Below the pieces are notes generated by a model, which saw only the letters and a list, made by a program, of their open reading frames with translations, was not told the DNA's origin and searched no databases. Positions 9,347 through 17,727 of a stretch of 64,000 bases of DNA are shown here, piece after piece; within the stretch, counting starts at the first letter, position 1; every line of letters starts with the position of its first letter. The stretch is from an uncultured Candidatus Saccharibacteria bacterium. Lineage in GTDB: Bacteria > Patescibacteriota > Dojkabacteria > J137. Made by a program: the position numbers and the translations under genes. The stretch lies in assembly GCA_965230975.1 (NCBI GenBank), contig OZ246402.1, positions 229,771 to 293,770 of the forward strand, read 5' to 3'.

Positions 9347-9832
9347 ATGAAAACAATAAATGAAGTATTGCTAGATATACAGAAAGAAAATATAAAAGGT
9401 ATAACTCAAGATAAGCTTGACTTGATTGTTCAAATGCTTAATCTTGACCCTGAGACATTAACTAAACAAGAGTTAAAAGATGCCTTAAATACTTTCCTGT
9501 TAAATTATATTAGGACACCTGAATCTAAATTTACACAAGCTCAGCGTCTTATTAAGTTGTATGCACACAAATTAAGAGCATCAAGTACTATTCCTAAAGG
9601 TGAAGCAAAAGCAGAAGACATGTTAAGGTTTGAAAGAGAGGCTAGGAATAAGTATCAAAGTGTGGTTACAACTGTACTAATCTTGTATGTACAATACATG
9701 CGTAATCAATTAAGCTTTAAATCACCAATAAGATCTACAGAAATGGCTCAAGTTGCAAGGCTTGACATGAATACAGTAAGTATAGAACTTTTTCTAAACC
9801 AATTTCTTGGCACTCAATCAACTGAGTCATAA
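9347..9832 (+). CDS. Hypothetical protein.
   Basis: 161 aa with no recognisable motif. Confidence 0.3.
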   Translation: MKTINEVLLDIQKENIKGITQDKLDLIVQMLNLDPETLTKQELKDALNTFLLNYIRTPESKFTQAQRLIKLYAHKLRASSTIPKGEAKAEDMLRFEREARNKYQSVVTTVLILYVQYMRNQLSFKSPIRSTEMAQVARLDMNTVSIELFLNQFLGTQSTES

Positions 9833-9843
9833 GATATAAAATT

Positions 9844-10821
9844 ATGCCAAAAGCAGGTGTACCCACAAAAGAAGATCAGTTTACTCAAAGGCTAACCGAT
9901 ATATATTCGGATAAATCTAAGGAAATTATTGCTTGTCATAGTATTTTGCATTCTAAGACTTTTAGAATTAACACCTTAAAATCAAATATGTTAGAGGTAT
10001 TAGATTCGTTAAAGACCAAAGGTTTTGAGATTACTGAATCCAGTATGCAAAAAGCCTATATCTGTTTAAATGAATCTGAATCTATTCGGCTTAGTGATAC
10101 AGATGCATCAAAATCATTTAAGATTTACATTCAAGAGCTATCAAGCATGATTCCAGCGTTGTTACTTGATTTACAAACTGGAGATAAAGTTTTAGACCTT
10201 TGTGCGGCACCTGGGAGTAAGACAACTCAAATTGCAGATACGCTTGGTAATAAAGGAGAAATAGTAGCTAATGAACAAAATAGAGATAGGTTTTTTAAAC
10301 TAATGCAAATTATAAAAGACTATGGAGCAGTTGTAAAAACAATAAATGAAAACGGTAAAATATTGCCCCATAAATACCCAAATTATGTCCAGTATTTCGA
10401 CAAAATCATTGTAGACGTTCCGTGTTCAAACGAAGCAAGTCTAAGATTTGATCAACCTAAAACTTTTAAGTTTTGGAAAAGCTCTAACTCGTCAGGTTTG
10501 TCTAAATTACAAAAAGGCATTTTAGCAGCAGGAATTTCTATGCTAAAGCCGGGTGGGACTTTAATTTATTCAACTTGTACTTATGCTGTAGAAGAAAATG
10601 AAGGAGTAGTGGATTGGGCCTTAAAAAAACACCCAGATATTAAACTTGAGGAAATAGATTTTTCTAAAATACCAGAATTAGAAAATGTTAAGAATACTTT
10701 GCCCGGTTTAACAGAATACAAAAATAAGAATTTTGATAAAAGCCTAGGTAATACACTAAGAATTCTTCCAAATGAATACTTTAAAGGATTTTATGTAGCT
10801 AAGTTAATAAAACGCTTGTAG
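9844..10821 (+). CDS. rRNA m5C methyltransferase of the NOL1/NOP2/Sun (RsmB/RsmF) family, lacking the NusB-like N-terminal domain.
   Basis: VLDLCAAPGSKTTQIA (SAM motif), DKIIVDVPCSNEASLR (catalytic Cys motif DAPCSG-like) and TLIYSTCT (second catalytic Cys). Confidence 0.75.
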   Translation: MPKAGVPTKEDQFTQRLTDIYSDKSKEIIACHSILHSKTFRINTLKSNMLEVLDSLKTKGFEITESSMQKAYICLNESESIRLSDTDASKSFKIYIQELSSMIPALLLDLQTGDKVLDLCAAPGSKTTQIADTLGNKGEIVANEQNRDRFFKLMQIIKDYGAVVKTINENGKILPHKYPNYVQYFDKIIVDVPCSNEASLRFDQPKTFKFWKSSNSSGLSKLQKGILAAGISMLKPGGTLIYSTCTYAVEENEGVVDWALKKHPDIKLEEIDFSKIPELENVKNTLPGLTEYKNKNFDKSLGNTLRILPNEYFKGFYVAKLIKRL

Positions 10822-10837
10822 GTGTTATAATCGAGGC

Positions 10838-11605
10838 ATGGACAAAGGTATTAATATTGAAGAAAAAACAAATGAATTTATAAGAGCATCTATAGAAAAA
10901 CTAAGTGATGTTACTCAAGTTTCAGCTCTATTAGAGGGGCAAGCTATTAACGAGCAATTACTACTCGAGATTATTCAAACTTCAAAAAGATATTTTAATG
11001 CACTCATTAAAATTGCAAATTTAACAGATGAAGAATTAGCATTTCAAGAAATTGCTTCTGAGGTATGCAAAATTGAAGGTATAGAGGATCATTCTGCATC
11101 AAGTTTAGATGTGATGGATGTTCATCAGATTCTAAGTAAATTTCAAATAGAAAGACTTTACGAAAACTTAATATCTCCAAATGCAATGGGTGAGATTTAC
11201 CAAAGTGCAGTTAATGATTTAGCCAAAAGAATGCAGGGGGGTACAGATTTGCATTCTCAAGGTTTAAAACCGTCAGATAAAGACCCACGTTTTGACAATG
11301 TTATTTATGGCCACGTAATGAATTTAAAGTATCCAGAAATCATTCACTTTATTATCACTCACTACATAGTAAGAATGTTTAGAGTATTGTTTCTAGAAGA
11401 TAAAAACCCAGAAGTTAGAAAGTTAGCTGAAAGCAAAGATGCCTTAATAAATGCAATTGGGGATATAATTTTAATTAATGCAACCAAAACAAACTATAGG
11501 TATTGGAAGGATTTATTAAAGATTTGGATTACACCAAAAGGAGAAGGTGGCTTAGGTTGGATAGACCCTAGAAAGCCTAGAATCTATCAATCCCTTGTAG
11601 TATAA
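10838..11605 (+). CDS. Hypothetical protein.
   Basis: 255 aa with no recognisable motif. Confidence 0.3.
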   Translation: MDKGINIEEKTNEFIRASIEKLSDVTQVSALLEGQAINEQLLLEIIQTSKRYFNALIKIANLTDEELAFQEIASEVCKIEGIEDHSASSLDVMDVHQILSKFQIERLYENLISPNAMGEIYQSAVNDLAKRMQGGTDLHSQGLKPSDKDPRFDNVIYGHVMNLKYPEIIHFIITHYIVRMFRVLFLEDKNPEVRKLAESKDALINAIGDIILINATKTNYRYWKDLLKIWITPKGEGGLGWIDPRKPRIYQSLVV

Positions 11606-11610
11606 TCATC

Positions 11611-11658
11611 ATGATGAAAAATTCAATCGCTTTTACAAACCATCATCACCTCCATTAA
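11611..11658 (+). CDS. Candidate His-rich leader peptide MMKNSIAFTNHHHLH (15 aa) for hisS attenuation.
   Basis: Translated directly from ATG ATG AAA AAT TCA ATC GCT TTT ACA AAC CAT CAT CAC CTC CAT TAA. Four of the last five sense codons are His. The stop lies inside the first hairpin loop. Confidence 0.45.
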   Translation: MMKNSIAFTNHHHLH

Positions 11659-11712
11659 ATCTGGAGGAATATTCACGCATATTCAAACCTCCAGAAATGG
11701 AGGTTTTTTTCT
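11641..11712 (+). promoter_or_regulatory. Candidate transcription attenuator with mutually exclusive pause, antiterminator and terminator hairpins upstream of hisS.
   Basis: Segment 1 is CCTCCA at 11649-54, segment 2 is TGGAGG at 11662-67, segment 3 is CCTCCA at 11688-93 and segment 4 is TGGAGG at 11698-703 followed by TTTTTTT. Hairpin 3:4 extends to AAACCTCCA-GAAA-TGGAGGTTT plus a T-run, making an intrinsic terminator. Pairing 2:3 extends to an 8-bp TCTGGAGG/CCTCCAGA antiterminator. Confidence 0.5.
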
Positions 11713-11745
11713 TTTTAAGTTATTATCAATTATTAAATAAATTAT

Positions 11746-13020
11746 ATGAACAAATTATCAAATCAACCCGTAAAAGGTACTGCAGACTGGTTTCCAGAAG
11801 AATATGCAGTTAGAAAATATATATTCGATACCTGGAGAAAAGTATGCATAAGCTTTGGCTATCAAGAATACTTGGCACCAGTGGTAGAAAATGCAGAGGT
11901 TTACAGGGCCAAATCCGGCGAAGATGTGGGCGGAACGGAACTAATGTCGTTTTTTGACAGAGGAGGCCGGGAAATGGCAATAAGGCCCGAAATGACACCA
12001 TCTGTAACTCGTATGGTCACTCAAATTTACGAGAGTAGCCCTAAACCAATTAGGTACTTTTCTATTGCAAATTTTTTTAGAAACGAAAAACCTCAAAAAG
12101 GTAGAAACAGAGAGTTTTGGCAATTAAATGCAGATATGTTTGGAAGTGACTCTATAAATGCAGATATTGAAGTATTAAGACTATCTTTAGAACTCTTATT
12201 AGCATTTAATCCTCCAAAAAACAGCTTTGTACTTAATGTAAATAACAGAAAACTTATAGATTACATACTTAACGAAATTGCTAAGGTAACAGAGACTCAA
12301 AGAATTCAAGTAGTTAGAGTTTTAGATAAATGGCAAAAACTACCAATTGAAGAAATTAGAACTAGACTAGCTGTGGCAGGACTTTCTGCTAACCAAACTA
12401 GAAATCTTGAACTATTTATGACAAGTACTAATAGCGAACAACTTGTTAAAAACCTTCCAGAAATAAAAGAATCTGAAGGCTTTAAAGAGATCGAAACAAT
12501 AATTTCAACTTTAAATAACTTAGGATATTCTGAATGGGTAGCCTTTCAGCCAAACATTATTAGAGGCTTTGATTATTATGATGGAATGGTTTTTGAAGTA
12601 TCAGATAAAAATCCAGAAAATCCAAGAGCGTTATTTGGTGGCGGTAGATACAATGGCTTAGCTGGAATATTTGGTTCTCAGTCTTTCCCTGCTGTTGGGT
12701 TTGCCCCAGGAGATGAAACAACCAAGCTTTTTCTACAAGGTTGGAATTTGATACCAGAAAACTTAAAACCAGTAACTTACTATTTACCATTGCTTTCAGA
12801 GGAACTTGTTGAGCCAGCTTCTAAGTTAGCTCAAAAGTTAAGAAATGAAGGGAAAAATGTAATTCAAGGTTTAGAGTTGCAAAAGTTTGGAAAAGCATTT
12901 GATTACGCAAATAAAATAAAGGCAGACTATGTTGTGATTTTTGGAGAAGACGAGCGGGGTAGAGGTGAATATCAAATTAAGGATATGAAAAAAGGCGAAC
13001 AAACAACTTTTAAACTATGA
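11746..13020 (+). CDS. hisS: Histidine--tRNA ligase.
   Basis: Class II aaRS HisRS motifs are present. GTADWFPEE matches GTRDxLPEE, RYF.IANFFRNEKPQKGRNREFWQLNADMFG matches the RYERPQKGRYRQFHQ motif 2 region, and an anticodon-binding C-terminal domain follows. Confidence 0.9.
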   Translation: MNKLSNQPVKGTADWFPEEYAVRKYIFDTWRKVCISFGYQEYLAPVVENAEVYRAKSGEDVGGTELMSFFDRGGREMAIRPEMTPSVTRMVTQIYESSPKPIRYFSIANFFRNEKPQKGRNREFWQLNADMFGSDSINADIEVLRLSLELLLAFNPPKNSFVLNVNNRKLIDYILNEIAKVTETQRIQVVRVLDKWQKLPIEEIRTRLAVAGLSANQTRNLELFMTSTNSEQLVKNLPEIKESEGFKEIETIISTLNNLGYSEWVAFQPNIIRGFDYYDGMVFEVSDKNPENPRALFGGGRYNGLAGIFGSQSFPAVGFAPGDETTKLFLQGWNLIPENLKPVTYYLPLLSEELVEPASKLAQKLRNEGKNVIQGLELQKFGKAFDYANKIKADYVVIFGEDERGRGEYQIKDMKKGEQTTFKL

Positions 13021-13295
13021 CAAATTTAGACCAATTTATTGATACTGCAGAAGATGATCCATTTCAAATCTACGCCTTTTTTAAAGAGGGTTCTATTGAT
13101 TATGTAGAAACAAATGTGGGGAGTGGAGTATTGATTATCCAAGTCAAAGGGGAAAGTTTTGAACACGATGAATCGATTAGGCTTGCTATTGATACTGAAA
13201 CAGCAAGGCTTGTAGCACATTCTATTGATTGTAATACAACATATACTCAGTTAAAGAATCTTTTAACATCTCTTAACATAAGTTGGTTAGACTAG
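13017..13295 (+). CDS. Hypothetical small acidic protein translationally coupled to hisS through an ATGA overlap.
   Basis: 92 aa, with a start codon overlapping the hisS stop. No recognisable motif. Confidence 0.35.
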   Translation: MTNLDQFIDTAEDDPFQIYAFFKEGSIDYVETNVGSGVLIIQVKGESFEHDESIRLAIDTETARLVAHSIDCNTTYTQLKNLLTSLNISWLD

Positions 13296-13309
13296 GAAAC
13301 TAATTAAAA

Positions 13310-13783
13310 ATGAGAATTTTTGGATTTGGCTTTCAACTACACAATGTTTCTTCTAGAACTTTATATCAAATTGAAGGTTTTGAGCACAGAACTCTTCTTT
13401 GGGGTGTAAAAAGTATAGATAAATACCTTGAAAAACTTTTAAAAGATCAGCCACAATATATTTTGGGTTTGGGAATTTATACTGGAAAAGGAAAAGACTA
13501 TTTACATTTAGAAACAGAGACTGTAAATCAGTTTAAAAAATCTAAAATAGATGATGTTATTCAAGAAAAACTAAATATAAATCCATTTTTAAAAGAGTCG
13601 GAAAAACTAAAATTTACAAATACCATTGGTACTTCATTTTGTAATTATGTAAGTTGGAAAATTGTGTCTGAAATTCAAAAGGGCAAACTTAAATCAGAAT
13701 ATTCTTTTGTTCATATTCCCAAAAGTTTTGAAGCTAGTATGTCTGGTACAGTTATTCAGGATCAATTAGATAATCTCTCTTAA
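13310..13783 (+). CDS. Short pyroglutamyl-peptidase I (peptidase C15)-like protein.
   Basis: ILGLGIYTGKGKDYLHLETETVNQ resembles the Pcp ViHlGqagGr..i.lErvAiN region with the catalytic Glu. IGTSFCNYVSW resembles aGTfvCNhv with the catalytic Cys, and SFVHIP resembles the GfIHvP His motif. It is shorter than typical Pcp. Confidence 0.4.
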   Translation: MRIFGFGFQLHNVSSRTLYQIEGFEHRTLLWGVKSIDKYLEKLLKDQPQYILGLGIYTGKGKDYLHLETETVNQFKKSKIDDVIQEKLNINPFLKESEKLKFTNTIGTSFCNYVSWKIVSEIQKGKLKSEYSFVHIPKSFEASMSGTVIQDQLDNLS

Positions 13784-14149
13784 AAGCTCTTTGTATACCC
13801 TTTCAAGTTTAAGGTCAAAAGTAAGTAATTTTGCATTATATCTTTTGCATAAAGCTAAAATTAAACAATCATTTGCCTTTAAACTTCGGGCTGTTGCAGG
13901 CGGAATAGTTTTTAGAAATTCTAGGTCTTGGTCGTTATTATTTATGAATTTGCTTGAGAAACTTCTTGCTAATGAAACAAAATCAAAAAAGTTTGATCCA
14001 ATAGAAAGTTCTGCAGCAACTATAAATGGAACTAAATTTTTACTGTTACTTTCTTGATTCCGCATTATTTCTCTGGCTTTGAGATAGTTACTATCATCTT
14101 CATCTGCAAAAGAGAATATAAAACTTGTATCTATAATATATGTAGTCAT
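13766..14149 (-). CDS. vapC: PIN-domain toxin (VapC-like) of a type II toxin-antitoxin module.
   Basis: The N-terminal IIDTSFI places the first acidic residue, and further conserved acidic positions follow at E and D. The size is 127 aa. It sits immediately downstream of, and overlaps, an antitoxin gene. Confidence 0.6.
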   Translation of the reverse strand: MTTYIIDTSFIFSFADEDDSNYLKAREIMRNQESNSKNLVPFIVAAELSIGSNFFDFVSLARSFSSKFINNNDQDLEFLKTIPPATARSLKANDCLILALCKRYNAKLLTFDLKLERVYKELLREII

Positions 14150-14415
14150 TAACTTCTTACTTCTCTTTGAAAATTAAGTCCATTGCTACCCTTTTTCCCA
14201 CTTTTGAATTTATATTTTTCAAGATTAGATAAATATTCTTCTCGGGCTTTGTCTTGAACCACATCAGTTTTTTTAAAGGTAAGAGTATAAGTTACCTTTT
14301 TTGGTTTGCTTTTAGATATAGTTATTTCTTCGCCCTTTTCGGCTAATGCTAAGTAGTAACCTACGTTTTGCTGAAATTCTGTAGAACTAACAGTCATCTT
14401 TATTATAGATAACAT
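14149..14415 (-). CDS. Phd/YefM-family antitoxin. The likely start is the internal MTVSS.
   Basis: MTVSSTEFQQNVGYYLALAEKGEEITISKSKPKKV matches the Phd/YefM N-terminus (TvSatEarnnfsell..v..GEev.ItrrGkpvA). Its stop overlaps the vapC start. Confidence 0.55.
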   Translation of the reverse strand: MLSIIKMTVSSTEFQQNVGYYLALAEKGEEITISKSKPKKVTYTLTFKKTDVVQDKAREEYLSNLEKYKFKSGKKGSNGLNFQREVRS

Positions 14416-14480
14416 AATTTAATAGATAACATTATAATTTAAATATACAATTTTTAGTAGATTTAAATATTATATTTGTG

Positions 14481-14556
14481 AATTCTTACATAATTCTTAC
14501 AAATTGAAATTTTGTAACAAACAAATTCAATTTAGTTCACAATTTGAAATTTGCTG
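14481..14556 (-). promoter_or_regulatory. Recurrent upstream element in the phd-vapC promoter region, read on the minus strand.
   Basis: The minus strand reads GCAAATTTCAAATTGTGAAC, then about 22 nt, then AAAATTTCAATTTGTAAGAATTATGTAAGAATTC. This is the same two-part element found upstream of recA, the yraN-like gene and the tail-fiber-like gene. Confidence 0.5.
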
Positions 14557-14637
14557 GTAAAAAACTACAAGTATAGTTTTTTTTTATAAAATTCTTTTTA
14601 CAGCAAGACTTTAAAATAAAAACCCGCTAGAATATGT

Positions 14638-15852
14638 ATGATGAAATCATTGGGAATCCCAAACAACAAATTTTTAGTAGGTACTGCATCATCTGCACAT
14701 CAAATTGAAGGAGATAATATTTATAACAACTGGCATAAAAAAGAAATAATGCTGGAACAAATTGAAGATTCTGGCAAAGCAATTAATGGTTATGAGCTTT
14801 ATAAGACTGATAGAAAAATAATGCAAGATTTGGGTTGCAACGCATATCGGTTTTCTATTGAATGGTCAAGAATAAACCCAACGGAAGGAGTTTATAAAGA
14901 TAAAGAGATTGAACACTATAACAATGTGATATCAGATTTAATAGATAATGGAATAACACCTGTAATTACGCTTCATCATTTTACTAATCCAATTTGGTTT
15001 GCAGAAAAGGGAGGTTGGTTAAAAAGATCTAACGTATCTTACTTTATAAAATATTTAGAATATTTAATTCCTAGATTGGATAATCGGGTAGAGTACTTTA
15101 TTACAATCAACGAACCAAATGTGTATACTGCTTCCCAATATGTTGTAAAGGCCTGGTATCCTTACGAGCTAAATATTATTAAAGCATACAAAAAATATCA
15201 TAATTTGTTAGATGCTCATAAAAAAACTTACTCACTTGTAAAAAAATATTTTCCAAATAGTCAAATCAGTTTTGCAACAAATCATATGGTTATTAAACCA
15301 ATGAAAAATTTTGCCTACCCGATTAATTATTTACTTACTAAAATTGCAAAGTATTTAATTAACCAATATTTTTTGAATAGAGCATTAAGCACTATAGACT
15401 TTATAGCATTTAATTTTTACGGAATATTTTCTTTAGGATTAACTCGAGAAGGTATTAACACATTCCCAGATTTAAAAAAGATTTTTACAAATACAGGTGC
15501 CTCGTCTTATAAATATTTTCCTGCAGAATCAATTTCGGTTGCCCTAGATGAGCTTAATAAATACAAAAAACCTTTGATGATAACTGAAAATGGTTTACTA
15601 ACAGATCATGATGATGAGAGGGTTGGGTTCTTAAAAGTTGTATTTAAATCTATAAAAGAATGGAATCGAAAAAATAAAAACCTAATTGGATATTTTCACT
15701 GGACTTTAATAGATAATTACGAGTGGGAATTAGGATACAAAGCTCAATATGGTTTGTTTACCTACAATAAAGATACATTTGAAAGGATTCCTAAAGAGAG
15801 TTCAAAAGTGTTTAAACTACTGCTAACTCATTTTAAGTCAATAAAGTTTTAA
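14638..15852 (+). CDS. Glycoside hydrolase family 1 (beta-glucosidase/beta-galactosidase-like), a compact version.
   Basis: GTASSAHQIEG matches the GH1 N-terminal signature, TINEPN provides the acid/base Glu, and ITENG provides the nucleophile Glu. Confidence 0.8.
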   Translation: MMKSLGIPNNKFLVGTASSAHQIEGDNIYNNWHKKEIMLEQIEDSGKAINGYELYKTDRKIMQDLGCNAYRFSIEWSRINPTEGVYKDKEIEHYNNVISDLIDNGITPVITLHHFTNPIWFAEKGGWLKRSNVSYFIKYLEYLIPRLDNRVEYFITINEPNVYTASQYVVKAWYPYELNIIKAYKKYHNLLDAHKKTYSLVKKYFPNSQISFATNHMVIKPMKNFAYPINYLLTKIAKYLINQYFLNRALSTIDFIAFNFYGIFSLGLTREGINTFPDLKKIFTNTGASSYKYFPAESISVALDELNKYKKPLMITENGLLTDHDDERVGFLKVVFKSIKEWNRKNKNLIGYFHWTLIDNYEWELGYKAQYGLFTYNKDTFERIPKESSKVFKLLLTHFKSIKF

Positions 15853-15948
15853 TAGCGTCTTAAGCTTTCCAAATAATTAAATTAGATGTAGACTGACTAT
15901 GTCCGGTATTAAGACAACTGGCTTAATTTCTTTTACCTAATTATAAAT

Positions 15949-16731
15949 ATGAAAAATCTAGACAGTATTATTAAGTTCTTAGCTTCTTTAGGTTTAAGTT
16001 TTGATCAATCAAAAATATATATATCTTTGTTAGACGAACCTGGTGTCACAATTTTACAATTATCTAGAAATAGCAAAATAAGTAGAACAAATGTATATAG
16101 AATTGTAGAAGAGTTGGTAAAACTTGGTTTGATAGATGAAATTAAAAGAGACGGGAAAAAGTTATTATTTCCAGTGGGAGCACATAAATTAGAATTAATT
16201 GTTAAAGAGCAGGAATCTAAAGTAGAACTGATGAGAAATGTTTTGCCAGAACTTTCTGCATTAATTACATCTAGTGAAACTATTAATCAATCTGGAACTA
16301 AAGTTCAATTATATAAAGGGGTAGAGGGTGTTAAGCAAATGGTTTGGAATACTTTAAGGGCAAATAAAGAGTGTGTGGGATTTACATTTAGAAGTTTAAA
16401 AGAGATTGTTGGAGAGCAATTTGAACAAGACTGGAGAAGGGAATTTATTACCAGAAAGTTAAAATTTAGAGATATTGTGAGTGATAGTTTTTTAGCAAGT
16501 ACTATTGGTGAAGAACAAAAGCTTAGCTCGGTTGATTCTGTATTTAGAACTAAATATTTACCCAAAACTACTTTGGATATTAATCATCAGGTAGATATTT
16601 ATAATAATGTTGTAGCATATTATTTATGGACTGATAGTGAAATTTTTGGACTAGAAATTTACAACCTACGAATTGCAGATATGCAAAGGCAACTGTTTGA
16701 ATTAGCTTGGGAAAAGGGTATGGAAGTTTAG
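15949..16731 (+). CDS. TrmB-family sugar-responsive transcriptional regulator with an N-terminal winged helix-turn-helix.
   Basis: The N-terminus LGLSFDQSKIYISLLDEPGVTILQLSRNSKISRTNVYRIVEELVKLGLI matches the TrmB helix-turn-helix. A C-terminal effector-like domain follows. It lies next to the GH1 gene. Confidence 0.55.
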   Translation: MKNLDSIIKFLASLGLSFDQSKIYISLLDEPGVTILQLSRNSKISRTNVYRIVEELVKLGLIDEIKRDGKKLLFPVGAHKLELIVKEQESKVELMRNVLPELSALITSSETINQSGTKVQLYKGVEGVKQMVWNTLRANKECVGFTFRSLKEIVGEQFEQDWRREFITRKLKFRDIVSDSFLASTIGEEQKLSSVDSVFRTKYLPKTTLDINHQVDIYNNVVAYYLWTDSEIFGLEIYNLRIADMQRQLFELAWEKGMEV

Positions 16732-16755
16732 TTAATAAATTCCACACCCTTTATT

Positions 16756-17544
16756 TTATAAACCAATTTTAGCTTTAATTTGCGCAATTTCTGACTGTAA
16801 TGATTTAACCTCTTTATCCTTTTGTATTAAATGAAGGGTTAATTCTTCAATTTTTTCCATTTGGAGTTTAGTTAATTCTCCTAAATCTACACCTGATTTT
16901 TGCAAATTCTCTGAACTAGGTATGTTTGGTAAATGCCCGTTTTGATTAATGTAAGTTTCAACTTCGGGTAAGCTTTTTAATTTGTAGTTTTTGCTAAAAA
17001 CATAATCAGCCCAGCCAGAGGCAGTTACGGTTACTTGCTTTGTTTTTAATTTGCCGTTAATTTCAGTATTACCTAAAGGGTCAATGTAAAAGAGTGCTTT
17101 AAGGTTGGTGATGGCACTAGTACTTTGTGGATCGGCATGGAATATTTTAAAATAACCTGCGTTGTTTTCTGTCACAAAGCTACTTAATACCCAGGTTTCT
17201 TTACCGATCTCTCTTCTGTACCATCTGTCTGAAACATATCCATTTGTAGCAATATTGTTGTAGCCCCTACCATCTTTCCCCTTTGTACCGGCAATCCACC
17301 ATGACCCTGCACCATCCCCAATGTAAGCTTTACCTTGACTACTACTAAATGAGTCTGATGGGGTAGAGTAATTGATTGTTAAATTGTCTACCGGATTAGT
17401 AGTACCAATACCAACGTTACCAGAGTTAAAATAGATGTTAGAACCATTATAATTCCAAGGAAAGTCACCAATGGCAGCATAGCTTTTCGGCGCAATTGTT
17501 ATGCCAAAGATAAACATTACTGCTAAGAGTAATAATTTTTTCAT
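16756..17544 (-). CDS. Secreted tail-fiber-domain-like protein with a C-terminal coiled-coil/leucine-zipper segment.
   Basis: It has a signal peptide, the segment GNVGIGTTNPVDNLTINY, and the C-terminal WADYVFSKNYKLKSLPEVETYINQNGHLPNIPS...LGELTKLQMEKIEELTLHLIQ. These resemble the family annotated as tail fiber domain-containing proteins in Bacteroidota and elsewhere. Confidence 0.45.
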   Translation of the reverse strand: MKKLLLLAVMFIFGITIAPKSYAAIGDFPWNYNGSNIYFNSGNVGIGTTNPVDNLTINYSTPSDSFSSSQGKAYIGDGAGSWWIAGTKGKDGRGYNNIATNGYVSDRWYRREIGKETWVLSSFVTENNAGYFKIFHADPQSTSAITNLKALFYIDPLGNTEINGKLKTKQVTVTASGWADYVFSKNYKLKSLPEVETYINQNGHLPNIPSSENLQKSGVDLGELTKLQMEKIEELTLHLIQKDKEVKSLQSEIAQIKAKIGL

Positions 17545-17608
17545 TTATTAAAACTAATATTTAATTTGATTGCTGCAGCAATAGCTTTCAAAACTAGTAT
17601 TAGTTTAA

Positions 17609-17641
17609 GTTACAAATCTTACAAAAACCTTACAATTTGAA
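17609..17641 (-). promoter_or_regulatory. Recurrent upstream element (single copy) ahead of the tail-fiber-like gene.
   Basis: The minus strand reads CCAGAAAATTTCAAATTGTAAGGTTTTTGTAAGA. Confidence 0.45.
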
Positions 17642-17727
17642 ATTTTCTGGAATTTTAATTAAGCAGGTTTAAAGTTTCTTAAGTAGAAATTACTAAGCAC
17701 ATTGATAGTTACAGAGATTGAAAACAC

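Noticed and set aside
11606-11745. T-box riboswitch upstream of hisS.
   Set aside because: The leader is only about 140 nt, far shorter than a T-box of more than 200 nt with a specifier loop and T-box sequence. It contains a translatable His-rich mini-ORF, so leader-peptide attenuation fits better.
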